Positions 1 to 10,387 of a DNA stretch of 64,000 nt are shown one piece after another (within the stretch, counting starts at the first letter, position 1; the number at the start of each line of letters is the position of its first letter). Below the pieces are notes generated by a model. It searched no databases, was not told the DNA's origin, and was given only the letters and a program-made list of their open reading frames with translations. Both the position numbers and the translations under genes were made by a program. The stretch lies in contig CANMYO010000006.1 of the NCBI GenBank assembly GCA_947502145.1, positions 11,476 to 75,475 of the forward strand, written 5' to 3'. This DNA is from an uncultured Rhodobacteraceae bacterium. Its GTDB lineage: Bacteria > Pseudomonadota > Alphaproteobacteria > Rhodobacterales > Rhodobacteraceae.

Positions 1-72
1 TATCGAACTCTCTGGTATCAGCGACGATTGCTACGATCGGTTGCATTGCGGGGCCTTTCAATAGTGCAGGGT

Positions 73-855
73 TTAGTGACCCAAAATCTGGTTCAGAAAC
101 ATTTTGGTTCGGGGCGACTGAGGATCATCAAAGAACTGGTCAGGAGCGTTTTCTTCAATGATCTGTCCAGCATCCATGAAGATCACGCGGTCAGCTGCTT
201 GACGGGCAAACCCCATTTCATGGGTCACGCAAATCATCGTCATGCCATCTTCGGCCAGGGTGATCATGGTGTCCAAGACTTCTTTGATCATCTCTGGATC
301 AAGTGCAGACGTGGGTTCATCAAAGAGCATGATGCGAGGTTGCATACAAAGTGAACGTGCGATGGCCACGCGTTGTTGTTGACCGCCTGAAAGCTGACCA
401 GGATATTTGTGCGCCTGATCTGGAATCTTGACCCGTTCGAGGAAGTGCATCGCAATATCTTTGGCTTCTTTCTGAGGCATCTTGCGCACCCAGGTGGGCG
501 CTAGCACGCAGTTCTCGAGAATGCTGAGATGTGGAAAGAGATTGAAGTGTTGGAACACCATACCGACGTCAGAGCGTACTTTGTCGATGTCTTTCACATC
601 TGAGGACAGGAGGGTTCCATCGACGTGGATGGAGCCTTCCTGATAATCTTCAAGCCCATTGATGCAACGGATCATGGTTGATTTGCCCGACCCTGATGGA
701 CCGCAGACAACAAGGCGCTCTCCCTCTGCGACGACCAGATCGATGTCTTTGAGGGCGTGATAGTTCCCATACCACTTGTTCATCCCGACGATTTCTACGC
801 TCGGCTGAGGATCGATGGCACCTGAGGCCACCAGTACTTGAGATACGTCCGTCAA
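73..855 (-). CDS. aapP: General/polar amino-acid ABC transporter ATP-binding protein (AapP/GlnQ type)
   Basis: ORF 73..972 has Walker [10 protein letters not shown], signature [14 protein letters not shown] and Walker [12 protein letters not shown], and resembles Rhizobium AapP over its length as I remember it. The first ~39 tracked codons overlap the upstream permease, so I moved the start to TTG at 855 (TTGA overlap with the permease stop). The exact start is uncertain. Confidence 0.85.
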   Translation of the reverse strand: MTDVSQVLVASGAIDPQPSVEIVGMNKWYGNYHALKDIDLVVAEGERLVVCGPSGSGKSTMIRCINGLEDYQEGSIHVDGTLLSSDVKDIDKVRSDVGMVFQHFNLFPHLSILENCVLAPTWVRKMPQKEAKDIAMHFLERVKIPDQAHKYPGQLSGGQQQRVAIARSLCMQPRIMLFDEPTSALDPEMIKEVLDTMITLAEDGMTMICVTHEMGFARQAADRVIFMDAGQIIEENAPDQFFDDPQSPRTKMFLNQILGH

Positions 856-2162
856 TTGTGACCCCTGCGCAGCTTGTTTTCGAGATGAAGTGAGTAGCGT
901 GCCATTGCGTAGCAAACGACAAAGAAGAGAAGCCCGATGAAGGTAAAGAGTTCCCAGTAGATGCCGTTCCATTCCGGTGTCGCCTGGATCGCGCGTGCGA
1001 CGCCAATTGGATCCAGCAGCCCAATAAATACCACGAGGGTTGTGTCTTTGAACAAGCCAATGAACTCATTCACGATAGCGGGGATCGAAATCTTCAGCGC
1101 CTGCGGCAGGATGATCATTCGGGTTGCTTGCCAGTAACTCAGACCGAGACTGTCTGCTCCTTCGTATTGGCCCTTTGGCAGGGCGGCCAAACCGCCCCGG
1201 ATAACCTCCGCGATATATGCAGCGGCAAAGAGGGTGACCATGATGATGACCCGCAAAGTTAGATCAAAGCTGGTTCCGGGGGGCAGGAAATAATTCAGCA
1301 AGAGCTGGGCTGTGAAGAGCCATACGATCAGGGGCACACCGCGTACCACTTCGATAAACACAATCGCACACCACTTGATCAGCGGCAGATCTGATTGCCG
1401 GGCTAGTGCCAACAGAATACCAAGAGGCAGCGAGAGGACGATGGCGGACAACCCGATGGTTGCGGCCAACATGAAGCCTCCAAACTCACGCGACGCGACC
1501 TGTTGGATTGATAGGGGAAAGATGCCCTCGGCGAAGGAAACGAATGAGGAAAAACCAATGAGGTAGAAGATCAATCCTATCGCGATACCTCCGCAAACCG
1601 CCAATGTGGAGGACAACCATTTGCTTAGGACGCGGATTGCTAGGCCTGCAATAACCAAGCCACCGATTGCAGCCAATGGCACCCAGGCAGAGCCACCCCA
1701 AAGCAGCCAAAAACAGGCAAATGGCGCCAGACATGAGAACGTCAGTAGTGATCTTGGCAAAGAGAAAAACAAGATCGGAGCCAAGCCGCCAAGGAACAGG
1801 ATCATCGCGAGGATTGGACGCCAATACAGCTCTGATGGATAGAATCCGAAGAGCAGTTGGTGCCAACGGTCGTTGATCACTGCAAAGCAAGCGCCGTCAG
1901 TCGGTCCGAGTCCCGAGGCGGCCAAAATCTCCCGACAGTGCGCGAGTGAATCCGCTTCCCAGACGCCGTTGGCCAACCATGGCCAAAGACCATATGTTAT
2001 TCGGATCAACGCATAGAGGACGAGAGACGTCAGAATGACGTTTAGCCAACTCGACAATAGGTTCTTGCGTACCCACAAGGTGATACCGGTTGCACGCACC
2101 GGCGGTGCCTTGGCTGGAAGGATTTCAGTGCGAACGAAAGCTGGTTTGTTCGGAACGGTCAT
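852..2162 (-). CDS. aapM: Amino-acid ABC transporter permease (AapM type)
   Basis: ORF 852..2195 is multi-TM and carries the EAA-like loop of polar amino-acid permeases ([24 protein letters not shown]). Start placed at [13 protein letters not shown] (2162), two nt after the upstream gene's stop codon (2164-2166). Confidence 0.8.
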   Translation of the reverse strand: MTVPNKPAFVRTEILPAKAPPVRATGITLWVRKNLLSSWLNVILTSLVLYALIRITYGLWPWLANGVWEADSLAHCREILAASGLGPTDGACFAVINDRWHQLLFGFYPSELYWRPILAMILFLGGLAPILFFSLPRSLLTFSCLAPFACFWLLWGGSAWVPLAAIGGLVIAGLAIRVLSKWLSSTLAVCGGIAIGLIFYLIGFSSFVSFAEGIFPLSIQQVASREFGGFMLAATIGLSAIVLSLPLGILLALARQSDLPLIKWCAIVFIEVVRGVPLIVWLFTAQLLLNYFLPPGTSFDLTLRVIIMVTLFAAAYIAEVIRGGLAALPKGQYEGADSLGLSYWQATRMIILPQALKISIPAIVNEFIGLFKDTTLVVFIGLLDPIGVARAIQATPEWNGIYWELFTFIGLLFFVVCYAMARYSLHLENKLRRGHN

Positions 2163-2163
2163 C

Positions 2164-3441
2164 TTATCGCTCCTGTATCTGCTTTGAGCGATCATAAAAG
2201 TTGATCACGCTGGCGATCAGCAACGATAGGACCAGATAAAAGAGACCAAGGAGCAGCATTGCCTCTAGCTCGCGGCCCGTTTGGTTGATTGTGATCCCGC
2301 CAAGCGTTGCACGAACGTCCATGTAGCCGACGGCGAGGGCAAGCGATGAGTTTTTGGCGAGGCTCAGGTAATTCGAGATCAACGGCGGGATGATGACCCG
2401 CATAGCCTGAGGCAAGATGATCAGACGCATCACCTTGTCAGGCCGCAATCCAAGCGCAAGTGCAGCTTCTCGTTGTCCGTTGTCGACCGACATGATGCCG
2501 CCGCGAACAATCTCGGCAATGAAGGCTCCAGTGTAGAGCGACAACGCCAGCCACAAGGCCAGCAAGGACTTGCGGATGAAGGTGCCTTCGGCGAAATTGA
2601 ACCCCTTTAGATAAGGCTGGACCATCGTTGCACCCAAGAACCAAAGTATCAGGGCTGTCGGAACGACCACGACCATGATCTGTAAGGGTAGGGTGAGCGG
2701 CCTCTGCCCAGTTTGCGATTGCATACGATCGGCGCGTCTTTTCAACCAATAGGCGGTGGTGCTGCCCATCAAGAGCGCTGCGAAAATGAGCGCCCAATCA
2801 GCGCCACCGGATGCAACCTCAACTATTCCATCTTTGACAGCAACAACCTCATTTCCGCTGATCGAGTTAGTGAAGGCAACGCGCGGGACGTAAGCGCCGC
2901 GTGCTGTAATGGCTACCGAGTCAAAGAGCTGCATCGAGGCCGTCGCATCTTCGCCGCGAAAATCGCGTGGTTGCGGCAAAGCTTCGGATAGGATCGCGAA
3001 GATAAATACGATCCACAAAAGAAGCGGGACACTTCGAAATGCTTCGACGTAGACAGCCGCAAGCCGGTTGATGACCCAATTGTCCGAAAGGCGAAGAACG
3101 CCGACAAAGACACCTATGAATGTCGCTGCGATGCATCCTAAGACGGACACAAGTAGCGTATTCATGATGCCGACCAACGCAGCGCGCCCGTGGGACATCT
3201 TGCTGTCATACTCGATCAGCTTTTGATTGATATCATAGCCCGCAGGGTTCGACAGAAAGGCGAGGTTAAAGTCTTTTCCGAGCGCACTGAGATTGCCGGC
3301 GATATTCGCGCCGAGCCACCAAATGGAACTAAGAATGATAAAGCCCGCGATGACTTGGATCGTTTTCGCGCGGTAGCGCGTATCGTAGATCAGTTGACCG
3401 ATCCGAAACTTTGGCGCTGATGATTGTGTTTCGGCAGACAT
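2164..3441 (-). CDS. aapQ: Amino-acid ABC transporter permease (AapQ type)
   Basis: ORF 2164..3456 is multi-TM with the permease loop EIVRGGIMSVDNGQREAALALGL. Start chosen at MSAETQS (3441). Confidence 0.8.
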   Translation of the reverse strand: MSAETQSSAPKFRIGQLIYDTRYRAKTIQVIAGFIILSSIWWLGANIAGNLSALGKDFNLAFLSNPAGYDINQKLIEYDSKMSHGRAALVGIMNTLLVSVLGCIAATFIGVFVGVLRLSDNWVINRLAAVYVEAFRSVPLLLWIVFIFAILSEALPQPRDFRGEDATASMQLFDSVAITARGAYVPRVAFTNSISGNEVVAVKDGIVEVASGGADWALIFAALLMGSTTAYWLKRRADRMQSQTGQRPLTLPLQIMVVVVPTALILWFLGATMVQPYLKGFNFAEGTFIRKSLLALWLALSLYTGAFIAEIVRGGIMSVDNGQREAALALGLRPDKVMRLIILPQAMRVIIPPLISNYLSLAKNSSLALAVGYMDVRATLGGITINQTGRELEAMLLLGLFYLVLSLLIASVINFYDRSKQIQER

Positions 3442-3523
3442 GACGGAACGCCCCAAGGCTCGCCGCTACGCCTCAAAGCGCAACGTTAGGCATGAAAATG
3501 AGATGAAAAAAGACATGGGCCCG

Positions 3524-3556
3524 GCGAAGAGGTGTCCGGGCCCATGCAGGAGAAAG
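3524..3556 (-). promoter_or_regulatory. Intra-operon stem-loop between the binding-protein gene and the first permease gene
   Basis: Perfect 11-bp arms CATGGGCCCGG (3524-3534) and CCGGGCCCATG (3546-3556) with an 11-nt loop, in the 120-nt aapJ-aapQ spacer. This is the usual position of hairpins that raise binding-protein mRNA relative to permease mRNA. Confidence 0.55.
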
Positions 3557-3561
3557 CGGTC

Positions 3562-4596
3562 TTACCTGAAGGGAGGACTGTACAGTAGGCCGCCTTGCGT
3601 CCAGAGCGCGTTCACACCCCGCTCCAAACCAATCGGAGTGTTCACACCAACATGGCGCTCAAACACTTCGCTATAGTTGCCAACCGACATGATGATCGTC
3701 TTGGCCCAATCCGCTTCGACGCCGATCATCGCACCAAGGTCACCTTCGGTGCCAAGCAGGCGGTTGATTTCTGCGTTTGCCTGCGGTTCTGAAGCAAGCG
3801 CTTCCGCGTTCGCAGATGTCACACCAAGCTCTTCAGCAGTGATGAGCGCGTTCAAAGACCAGCGCACAATGTCTTCCCATTCGCTGTCGCCGTGACGCAC
3901 TGCTGGCCCAAGCGGCTCTTTGGAAACGATCTCGGGGAGGACAACGTAGTCGTCAGGGTTCGGGAATGTCGCGCGGTTTGCTGCCAGACCTGAGCTGTCG
4001 CCCGTAAACACGTCGCAAGACCCGGATAGGAACTGCTGCTGTGCTTCTGCGCCGGTTTCAATTGGCACTGGCTCATAGCTCATGCCATTTGCGCTGAAGT
4101 AGTCAGCCAGGTTCAGTTCAGTGGTCGTGCCGGTATTCACGCAGACGGTTGTGCCATCAAGTTCGAGAGCGGAGGTAACGCCGAGAGCGGTGGGCACCAT
4201 AAAGCCCTGACCATCGTAGAAGTTGATGCCCACAAACTCGTTCTTCAGATCGGTGTCTCGCGAGAACGTCCAGGTTGTGGTCCGTGCCAGCATGTCGATC
4301 TCGCCTGAGGCAAGAGCGGTAAAACGTGTCGAGCCGGTCACCGGGATATATTCGACAGCCTCGGAGTCGCCGAAGACTGCAGCGGCGACGGCGCGGCAGA
4401 TATCGACATCGAGACCTTCCCATTGGCCTTCCGCGTTGGGTGCTGCAAAACCAGCCAGACCTTCGTGGATACCGCATTTCAGCTTACCTGCTTCACGCAC
4501 CTCATCCAAGGTTGCAGCGGCCGCACCCGTCGCCATCACGGCAAGCGGCGCTGCAGCGGCGAGCAGGTATTTCGTTGTCTTTGTTTGTGTCATCAC
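3562..4596 (-). CDS. aapJ: Periplasmic general amino-acid-binding protein (AapJ type)
   Basis: 344 aa with signal peptide (LLAAAAPLAVMATGAAAA) and type 3 solute-binding family character. First gene of the J-Q-M-P operon order. Confidence 0.8.
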   Translation of the reverse strand: MMTQTKTTKYLLAAAAPLAVMATGAAAATLDEVREAGKLKCGIHEGLAGFAAPNAEGQWEGLDVDICRAVAAAVFGDSEAVEYIPVTGSTRFTALASGEIDMLARTTTWTFSRDTDLKNEFVGINFYDGQGFMVPTALGVTSALELDGTTVCVNTGTTTELNLADYFSANGMSYEPVPIETGAEAQQQFLSGSCDVFTGDSSGLAANRATFPNPDDYVVLPEIVSKEPLGPAVRHGDSEWEDIVRWSLNALITAEELGVTSANAEALASEPQANAEINRLLGTEGDLGAMIGVEADWAKTIIMSVGNYSEVFERHVGVNTPIGLERGVNALWTQGGLLYSPPFR

Positions 4597-4634
4597 AGAC
4601 TCCCTGTTTGTTGTGACACCACCGAAGCAAGTTG

Positions 4635-4648
4635 ACTAAACCGGTTCT
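4635..4648. promoter_or_regulatory. Candidate LacI-type operator (third copy of the AAACCGGTT core)
   Basis: ACTAAACCGGTTCT lies in the divergent aapJ/AraC intergenic region. The same core occurs twice at 6639-6677. Confidence 0.35.
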
Positions 4649-4726
4649 TCCTGAAATACGCAATTTGCTTCCATTTTTTTGCAAAGCGCCAAATTTGCGA
4701 GGATCTAACTGTTAGGAAACAACTTC

Positions 4727-5608
4727 ATGGCGAGCCCGAAAGACCAATACCATCCCGATCTGCTTGACTGGGATTTGCCAACGCCCGCGCCGAAGATTGC
4801 ATTGCAGCGTCGCGTGCCGACAGCTGGTCCCGAGCCTGCGCACTTTCATCCATCTATTGAGATCAATTTCCTCAGAGGTTGTGATCTCACCTACTCGTTC
4901 TCAGATGCAGAGTTCGAAGTGCCCCAGGGCCGTTTCTGCGTCTTTTGGGGTGCCCATCCTCACCGCAAGCTCCGTGCTGTCGGCGGGGGAGAGATGACCA
5001 ACATCTATGTGGCTCTGGCGGAGTTTCTTCAGTGGTCGCTTCCCTCAGAATTCTCGAATGCGGTTCTCGCGGGATCAGTTGTGATGACAAAGCAAGAGAT
5101 GGACGGAGACATGACCTTGGCCACACGGCTTGCTGATGAGGCCGAGCAAGCAGGAGCGGAGTGGCAAAAACTGCATTGTCATGAAGTCCAAACCCGGCTT
5201 CTGAGAATGGGTATGGAGGGGTGGGACACCATCTATCAACCTCAAGATGGTCAGGCAGAAAAATCGGTTGGCGGGCGCTCAATCCAGCATTTCGAAGTCA
5301 TGCTCCGGTTCATTGCGACCAACTTTGTAGGCAAACTTTCCGTTGGTGATGTTGCTGAAGCAGCCAACGTCTCCGAACGATATGCCGTAGCACTATTCCA
5401 TCAGATCCTTGGCAAATCGATTATGCAGCATGTTCGGGAAATCCGGATCGTCCATGCCAAGATGCTTCTTGTTGAAACGGAAAGGAAAATCGTCAGCATT
5501 GCCATGGATTGTGGGTTTGCGTCGTTGTCGGCATTTTACAAGGCCTTCCACGACTCTGTTGGGATGTCACCTGCAGCGTTTCGCAAATCTCCCAGATCGC
5601 AACGCTAG
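4727..5608 (+). CDS. AraC family transcriptional regulator (cupin-like N-terminus)
   Basis: 293 aa. C-terminal double HTH typical of AraC/XylS (SVGDVAEAANVSERYAVALF ... IAMDCGFASLSAFYKAFHDSVGMSPAAFR). Confidence 0.8.
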   Translation: MASPKDQYHPDLLDWDLPTPAPKIALQRRVPTAGPEPAHFHPSIEINFLRGCDLTYSFSDAEFEVPQGRFCVFWGAHPHRKLRAVGGGEMTNIYVALAEFLQWSLPSEFSNAVLAGSVVMTKQEMDGDMTLATRLADEAEQAGAEWQKLHCHEVQTRLLRMGMEGWDTIYQPQDGQAEKSVGGRSIQHFEVMLRFIATNFVGKLSVGDVAEAANVSERYAVALFHQILGKSIMQHVREIRIVHAKMLLVETERKIVSIAMDCGFASLSAFYKAFHDSVGMSPAAFRKSPRSQR

Positions 5609-6600
5609 AGCTGAGCAACTGACCCACGTTCAATCAGCTCTACCCGAACTCGTTCTATTTCGTCGGCAGAACCGCCTTCCAAGACGCGCAACAACGCCCT
5701 TACACCCTCTCGTCCAAAGGCGTGTGCATCCTGCCGTATTGTGGTTAGTGGCGGATCGAGTAGTTCACCGTAACTCACATCATCAAAGCCAACGAGTGAC
5801 AGGTCATCGGGTACACCAATACCTGCAGAACGCGCGCCCTTCAGGATACCAACCGCGATGTTGTCCGCTCCGGCAAACACTGCAGTCGGCCTGGGTCCAG
5901 CAGACATCATCTCTGTCAGTGTCGTCGATCCGAATGCCTCCGAATAATCTCCACATCTGATCAGGGCCTCGTTTAGCTCAACGCCATCTTCTTCGAGACG
6001 TTCGACAAAACCTGCGAGACGCTCTTCGACGCTGATCATGCCACGCGGTCCTGACACGAATGCAATTTCTGTGTGTCCGTGTCTAAGAAGGCATTCTGCC
6101 GCCAACCGTCCGCCGTGCCGATTATCTGCAAAAACACGTGGTGCTGTCGCACCAGAAACATCCTCATCGATGAGAACCACTTTACCAGATTTGGTAATCT
6201 GCTCGGCGAGACCCCCAGTGTCCGTATGATTGGTAAGAACAATCAGACCGTCGATCTGCCGTCTCTCAACGGCATGAAGAATTTCAAGTTCCTTTTCAGT
6301 GCTGTTGCGTGAGTTGAAGACAGCAAGCTGATACCCTGATGCACTTGCCTCTGCTTCAGCGGCGCTCGCGATTGCAGCAAAAAACGGGTATTCAATGTCG
6401 GTCGTCATCAAACCGAGCGTTTCGCTCGATCCAGATGCCAACCGTCGCGCCATAACGTTCGGCTGATAGCCGAGTTCTGCGATCGCATCATCGATCCGTT
6501 TTTTTGTCTCTGGTCGGAGTGTGATTTGGCCGTTCAGGTAGCGAGAAACCGTGGCAACAGCCGATCCCGAGGTTTTGGCTACGTCTCGTATTCCAACCAT
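5605..6600 (-). CDS. LacI family transcriptional regulator
   Basis: 331 aa. N-terminal HTH IRDVAKTSGSAVATVSRYLNG followed by a periplasmic-binding-protein-like sugar-binding fold. Its 3' end overlaps the AraC gene by 4 nt (convergent). Confidence 0.85.
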   Translation of the reverse strand: MVGIRDVAKTSGSAVATVSRYLNGQITLRPETKKRIDDAIAELGYQPNVMARRLASGSSETLGLMTTDIEYPFFAAIASAAEAEASASGYQLAVFNSRNSTEKELEILHAVERRQIDGLIVLTNHTDTGGLAEQITKSGKVVLIDEDVSGATAPRVFADNRHGGRLAAECLLRHGHTEIAFVSGPRGMISVEERLAGFVERLEEDGVELNEALIRCGDYSEAFGSTTLTEMMSAGPRPTAVFAGADNIAVGILKGARSAGIGVPDDLSLVGFDDVSYGELLDPPLTTIRQDAHAFGREGVRALLRVLEGGSADEIERVRVELIERGSVAQL

Positions 6601-6638
6601 CTTCGCCTCCCGCTTACCCTTGCCGGTTTACATTAGCG

Positions 6639-6677
6639 CTAAACCGGTTTAATCATCAAGTTAGTAAACCGGTTTAG
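6639..6677. promoter_or_regulatory. Two palindromic LacI-type operator candidates
   Basis: CTAAACCGGTTTAA (6639-6652) and GTAAACCGGTTTAG (6664-6677) each contain the perfect palindrome AAACCGGTTT. A half site GCCGGTTTAC sits at 6622-6631. They lie between the LacI gene and the divergent 6701 gene. Confidence 0.55.
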
Positions 6678-6700
6678 TAATCACGCAATGAGAGAGCAAG

Positions 6701-7507
6701 ATGACGTCACAGGCCACAGACTACACAGCGCAAAAGATCAATGAACGCCTTGAAATCAATGGTGACCTGACCAAGAGAGCTTGGCAAAACGCGACCAAAT
6801 CGCAGCGCTTTGTGGACATGGCAACAGGCGGGCCGGCCTTTTACGATACACGGTCGGCCTGTATCTGGACGGATGAACATCTCTATATTGGGTTTTGGGT
6901 CGAGGAACCGTTTGTTTCCGGAGAACTAAAGAATCGCGACGACATCATTTTCCAAGAGAACGACGTCGAGATCTTCATTGATGGCGGCGATTGTTACTAC
7001 GAACTTGAGCTGAACGCTCTCGGGACCATCTACGAGATGATGTTCGTCTGGCGCGACGCTTACAAACGAGGAGGCAAATTCGACCTTCCGGAGTTCGATG
7101 TCATCGCCGATGGATGCTATACGTTCGGTGGTGATTTCGACAGAAACCCTGAGTCATTTTGGGATGGGACGCACCCCCGTGGAACACGCTGGGCCTTCCG
7201 AAATTGGGATATGGCGGGTCTTGAAGTTGGCGTCCAGGTTCAAGGCAAGATCAATGACGACAGTCATATTGACGACGGCTGGACGGCCGAGATTGCCATC
7301 CCGTGGGCCAGCATGAATGCTCTGGCCGATGGGCGTTCACTTCCCCCAAAGGATGGCGATGAATGGAAGATCTTCTTTGGCCGGTTCCAAAAACTGATGA
7401 ACGCGGGACAGGAAGTTAGTCCGCATCCGGCTTGGGTGTTGAAACCGCACGGTAAATACGACACCCACCAGCCAGAACAGTTTCCGACAGTGACGTTTGC
7501 CGACTAA
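6701..7507 (+). CDS. Carbohydrate-binding family 9-like (DOMON-like) protein
   Basis: 268 aa. Pattern AW..A......F.D........P...T...IWTDEHLYIGF.VEEP followed by ENDVEIFIDG ... YYELELNALGT is as I recall for CBM9-like proteins. Preceded by the LacI operators. Confidence 0.5.
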   Translation: MTSQATDYTAQKINERLEINGDLTKRAWQNATKSQRFVDMATGGPAFYDTRSACIWTDEHLYIGFWVEEPFVSGELKNRDDIIFQENDVEIFIDGGDCYYELELNALGTIYEMMFVWRDAYKRGGKFDLPEFDVIADGCYTFGGDFDRNPESFWDGTHPRGTRWAFRNWDMAGLEVGVQVQGKINDDSHIDDGWTAEIAIPWASMNALADGRSLPPKDGDEWKIFFGRFQKLMNAGQEVSPHPAWVLKPHGKYDTHQPEQFPTVTFAD

Positions 7508-7692
7508 GCTAGCTGCAAAACTGCTCGAAGAACGCCTTGAATCGAAGCAATTAAAGTCATTGATACCTTTTGACTTAACATAATAAACCTTACGCGACAA
7601 AAGTCAATGTAGCGGCAAAGCTAAAATGTCACCCATCTGCAATTCAGGAATGTCACTCTCGCCCGCAACGATAACAGGCAGAGAGATCGGGC

Positions 7693-9066
7693 ATGGGATG
7701 GGTGATTATGAGCGAGCGCGAGCTGAACCGCGTAGAAGTATTGGCACAGGTTGATGATGGACGGCTGTCTGTGGACAATGCTGCCAACGTATTGGACCTG
7801 ACACGTCGTCAGATTTTCCGGCTGTTGAAGCGATATCGACAAGACGGCGCATCAGCGGTCCGACATAAGGCGCGCGGCAAACCTCCGAACAATCGTATCC
7901 ATCTTGCCAAGCGAGATTATGCTCTGGCGTTGGTTAAGGAGAACTATGCCGACTTCGGGCCGACCTTGGCGGCTGAGATGTTGGCTTAACATCATGGCTT
8001 CAAAGTGTCGCGTGAGACGATCCGCAAATGGATGCAGGAAGATGGCATCTGGCTCTCGCGCAAACAGCGGCGCACCTTCCATCAACCGCGTCTGCGTCGG
8101 GAATGCTTCGGCGAACTGGTCCAGATCGACGGCTCCGATCACCGATGGTTTGAAGATCGGGGCGATCCATGCACCCTGCTTGTCTTCATTGACGATGCGA
8201 CCAGCACCTTGATGGAACTGCGGTTTGTCACGTCTGAGAGCACGTTCAGCTATTTCGAGGCACTGGAAAGCTATCTGCTCAAACACGGTCGCCCTGTCGC
8301 TTTCTACAGCGACAAGCACACCGTCTTCCGTGTTCCAAAGCCCAATGAGCACATGACAGGCATGACGCAATTCGGCCGCGCTCTGGCGGAGCTGAACATT
8401 GAGATCATCTGCGCCAATTCGTCCCAGGCCAAAGGCCGTGTCGAACGCGCAAACCGGACGCTGCAAGATCGGCTCGTCAAAGAGCTACGGATCGCAGGCG
8501 TTTCCAATATGGAAGACGGCAACGCGTTCCTTGATGGGTTCGTGGAGCGCTATAATGCCAAGTTCGCAAAGGCTCCGGCCAAACCGGACAACCTGCACCG
8601 GGCCTTGAACATCGAGCCAGATCGCCTCGCCGAAGTCTTCTGCCTGCGTGACAAACGCTATGTCACCAAGGATTTGACTCTGAAGTACGACCGCAAGCGC
8701 ATCCGGCTAGAGGTCAATGATCTGACGCGCGGCTTGGTTGGCAAATACGTGGACGTGTACGAGATGCCAGACGGACGCATCCAGGTGCGCGCAAAAGGCG
8801 TCGCCCTGCCCTGCAGCATCTTCGATCCGCACCAACAGCGCGTCACACACGCTGCCATCACGGAGTACAAGCACCTCAGCGCCGTCCTCGCCCACATCAA
8901 AGAGGAACAAGAGAAGGCCGTGCCGCCGCCCAAGGTCAAACCTGTCAGTGCCAAGAATGGTTACAAAAAGACCGGACGCCGCCCGCCGGGACGACCGTCA
9001 AAGATGGAAGCATACTACGAACGAAGGCGCGCAGAACGGGCAGCTGAGGCTTCATCCGAAGCATGA
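7693..9066 (+). pseudogene. ISNCY-family (IS1202-group-like) transposase interrupted by a single in-frame TAA
   Basis: ORFs 7693..7989 and 8005..9066 are in the same frame. The read-through is ...TLAAEMLA-TAA-HHGFKVSRETIRKWMQEDG.... N-terminal HTH (LDLTRRQIFRLLKRYRQDG) followed by a DDE integrase core (LVQIDGSDHRWFE ... VFIDDATS ... YSDKHTVF ... QAKGRVERANRTLQDRL). Confidence 0.75.
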
Positions 9067-9071
9067 ACTTC

Positions 9072-9410
9072 TCAAAACAAATGCGGAGCTATACCTGCCA
9101 GTTTAGCCAACTGGCCTTCCCCGTCAAAACCTTCTGGAAGTCGGTGTCGTTGTCCTTGCCACTGTTTGGTGGCCGACCATCCGGCGCGATAGGCAATGAC
9201 CGATTGAAGGATCGTATCTTTTGCCTTTGCAGATGCCAAAGGATTGTCATCAAAGCCTGGCTCCCACATGCAACACGGACAAATAGTCATTCCGATCTCA
9301 CCACCATGCTCTGAATAAGCGGGCTGATGAGAATAATCTGGAAACCCGCAAACAGGGCAAAGCAAACACCCATCTGGCGCAACAACGTTGAAAGACAAAT
9401 TCGACATCAT
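9072..9410 (-). CDS. Cysteine-rich CPCC-domain protein
   Basis: 112 aa with CPVCGFPD ... ICPCCMWE, the two-CxxC arrangement I associate with the Cys_rich_CPCC family. Lies inside the tentative IS boundaries. Confidence 0.55.
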   Translation of the reverse strand: MMSNLSFNVVAPDGCLLCPVCGFPDYSHQPAYSEHGGEIGMTICPCCMWEPGFDDNPLASAKAKDTILQSVIAYRAGWSATKQWQGQRHRLPEGFDGEGQLAKLAGIAPHLF

Positions 9411-9640
9411 GACCAGCAGGCTAACTGTTCACGATGTTCCCGCAAGGCTTTTCAGCCCTGCGATATTTGAGGTCTCCGGGCTGCTAAGCCTTGCTCCCGT
9501 CAGCTCTCTTGATGACACTTCTGCTTTGCAAACTCGGTGACATTTCTACTTGGTTGCAACACGTCAAAGATATATTGTGAGTTGCAAAAATATACTAACG
9601 ACGGCATGCTGTATGCACCCTACCTAATGGGACGCTTCAC

Positions 9641-10387
9641 ATGCTTCGTACAATTCGAACGTACACAACTTTGATTATTCTTGCACTGTTTGGCTCGTTC
9701 ATTGGCACCTCTAATCGTGTGCAAGCCCAGACTTACCAGATCGACTGCGCCATACTGCTGTGCTTGTCCGGCGGTTGGCCCGCATCCGCACCTTGCGCCC
9801 GAGCTCGCGCCGAATTCATTCGCCGAATCACTCCTTGGCCGATTGAACCACCATTGCAGATCTGGCGGTGTCCGATGGGCGCATCTTATGGTCCAGCTGC
9901 ACCGTCGGATGGTCGCATTCGACTCTACGATATCTTGTTCACCACGAAGGATCGCCGGCGGCCGCTTTTGCCGCCCGCAATCGAACCCCTGGTTTCTGAA
10001 AATGCCGTTCTGAAACTTGCCGGACCAAATCCGAACCTGCTTCCGGAAGGATTTGCGCTCCAGTTGGTCCAAGATCGCGCTGACATCGATATCAGCGGCC
10101 CAGAGTTCAACTTTGTGCGTTCCATTCGCGTTTATGATGTCCGATATGCCCGCCAGCATGAGTCCGACCGTGACGGTGATTGCAACCGTTCAGCTACCGT
10201 TTACCTGGGCACCTACGGAACCCAGGGCGACTTTTCGTGGGCGCGCTCGTCACCGCCTGCCCTCCCAGAGGCGCATACAGGTCTAGAGCGATGGGGATAC
10301 AACTGTCCAAGCATTTATCATCGATCTGTATTCGTCGATTGGCGTGATTATGAAGGAAATTACGGTTTTGAGCAGGTCAACTACTGA
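9641..10387 (+). CDS. Exported hypothetical protein (TrbM/KikA-like Cys motif)
   Basis: 248 aa with signal peptide (TTLIILALFGSFIGTSNRVQA). DCAILLCLSGGWPASAPC resembles the C.ILCLSG...C motif of TrbM-type conjugation accessory proteins. The remainder is unrecognised. Confidence 0.5.
   Translation: MLRTIRTYTTLIILALFGSFIGTSNRVQAQTYQIDCAILLCLSGGWPASAPCARARAEFIRRITPWPIEPPLQIWRCPMGASYGPAAPSDGRIRLYDILFTTKDRRRPLLPPAIEPLVSENAVLKLAGPNPNLLPEGFALQLVQDRADIDISGPEFNFVRSIRVYDVRYARQHESDRDGDCNRSATVYLGTYGTQGDFSWARSSPPALPEAHTGLERWGYNCPSIYHRSVFVDWRDYEGNYGFEQVNY

Larger units (their letters stand above)
7623..9547 (+). mobile_element. ISNCY-like insertion sequence (boundaries tentative), possibly with a passenger gene
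   Basis: Imperfect terminal inverted repeats. Left is AAAATGTCACCCATCTGCAA (7623-7642). The reverse complement of the right end (9526-9547) is AGAAATGTCACCGAGTTTGCAA. They share the core AAATGTCACC and the terminal TGCAA. The repeats enclose the transposase pseudogene and the 9072-9410 ORF. No target-site duplication was recognised. Confidence 0.45.
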
